Of a stretch of 64,000 nt of DNA, positions 62,749 through 64,000 are shown piece by piece. The translations under genes and the position numbers were made by a program. The stretch is from Monocercomonoides exilis PA203 (lineage: Eukaryota > Protista > Preaxostyla). Position 1 is the stretch's first letter, and every line of letters starts with the position of its first letter. The stretch lies in NCBI GenBank assembly GCA_001643675.2, contig LSRY02000019.1, positions 806,001 through 870,000 on the forward strand, read 5' to 3'. The notes beneath the pieces are model-generated. The model made no database searches and was not told where the DNA came from. It saw only the letters and a list, made by a program, of their open reading frames with translations.

Positions 62749-64000
62749 ATGGAATTGACTTGCGGCTTATCAGAAGATGCAAGAAAAGTCATTCAAAATC
62801 CAAGAAATCCTCCAGATCAATATATTTCGTGCACATTTTATAATCGTGGGTTGAAAAATGTTACAGGAATTGATAAATTTGTCAATTTACAAAAATTAAA
62901 TCTCTCAGAAAATGGAATTGTATCACTTGGTCCAATTGCTAGATTAAGAAAGTTGAAAGTGTTAATTCTTTCGAACAATAATGTGTGTTATTTCTTTTTT
63001 GCATTTGTCAACTCAAACAAAAATAGATTCAAAGGATATGCAGCTTAAAGTTTTTGAGTAATTTAGAATCGCTTGACCTTTCTTACAACAAAATAAACGA
63101 TATTTCTGGCTTTCTTGATCTTCCAACTGATTGTTCGCTGAAGTATTTAAATCTAACGGACAATAAATTATCTTTAGTGCAAGACCTGTCACCTCTCAAA
63201 AGTCTTTCTGTATGCAAGCCATTATTTTTTGATGTCAATTTTTTTTTGTTAAATTAGAATCTGAGAACTTTGCTTCTCCAAGACATGACGCTTGTTGGAA
63301 GTGATGGAATTCCTTTCCTTTCCAACCCAATGTGCCGCATTGTGGGGTATCGATCATCTGTTCTTCGAATGCTTCCTCAGCTCGCCGATCTTGACGGATC
63401 GGCGACTCTTGTCTTTAAATCTCCTCCTCGTTCTCTTCCAGCGTTTCATTCACGATTAACAACAATCAAAGAAAAAGAGCAGCCAAAAGAAGAGAAAGCT
63501 GCTCGAGAATCTCCAAGCAAAAGACAAAGAGCTGATTTAAGCAAAGATAATAGCAAAAAATATGAACTTGAGAGTTCAATTAAAGAAAACAAATTTCGTG
63601 CCTGTGATGATGAGATGGATAATGAAGGAACATCATCAAATCTGAAACAGCAGTCAATGAAAGAGGATATTGATAAAGCAGTAGCCAAGTACCTACTCGA
63701 AAAAGAGAAAGAGAAAGAGAAAGAACAGAAAATGAAAGAATTAGCAGATAAAGAAAATGAATTGGCTAAAGAAAGAGAAAAGATTGATCAGATCAAGAAA
63801 GAGCAAGAAAGGGAAAAGGAGGAACTTGCTCGCAGAGAAAGAGAAAGAGAGAAGGAATTGGAAAGTGTGCGGCAGAAGATGGAAGATCAGCAGAAGGAGT
63901 TAGAAAAGCAGAGGTCAAAAGAGAACAAGCAAGCCCATCGCTCTGACTCAGCTAAAAGACGTCATCACCGATTGAAATGGGAGCCTGTTTCATGCGATGA
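62749..64000 (+). CDS. Leucine-rich-repeat protein (SDS22-like LRRs, LRR cap, coiled coil), truncated by the window end (exons 62749-62982, 63027-63209, 63258-end)
   Basis: LQKLNLSENGI, LKVLILSNNNI, LESLDLSYNKI, LKYLNLTDNKL and the cap SNPMC..GYRSSVLRMLPQLADLDG. Introns are phase-0 GT-AG. Confidence 0.88.

Overview
Eukaryotic genomic DNA: short AT-rich GT-AG introns, Ser-rich low-complexity proteins, histone H3, a flagellar CFAP43 homologue and the standard genetic code. The style suggests a flagellated protist such as an oxymonad (inference only). About 1-49 kb is a transposon graveyard. It holds a degenerate Helitron split by a 7-kb Merlin/IS1595-type element that carries a decayed host-like gene, three more Merlin remnants, a DIRS-like RT/RNase H remnant, two PIF/Harbinger-type (DDE_Tnp_4) pseudogenes, pogo-type DDE_1 and hAT remnants, and one tRNA-Ala. 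About 49.6-64 kb is an intact gene-dense block: a Swi3/TIPIN-like gene, a secreted Gly/Met/Tyr/Cys-rich protein, a divergent H3, a ~2990-aa CFAP43 and an LRR protein. The most notable unexplained structure is a TIR-element family with GGGTG(A)...CACCC or GTCT...AGAC ends and 4-bp AWWT target duplications. It includes five 239-241-bp palindromic MITEs and a 4.8-kb element with perfect 24-bp TIRs that carries an unrecognised ORF and has a diverged tandem copy. All alignments were done by eye, so boundaries of degenerate elements are approximate.
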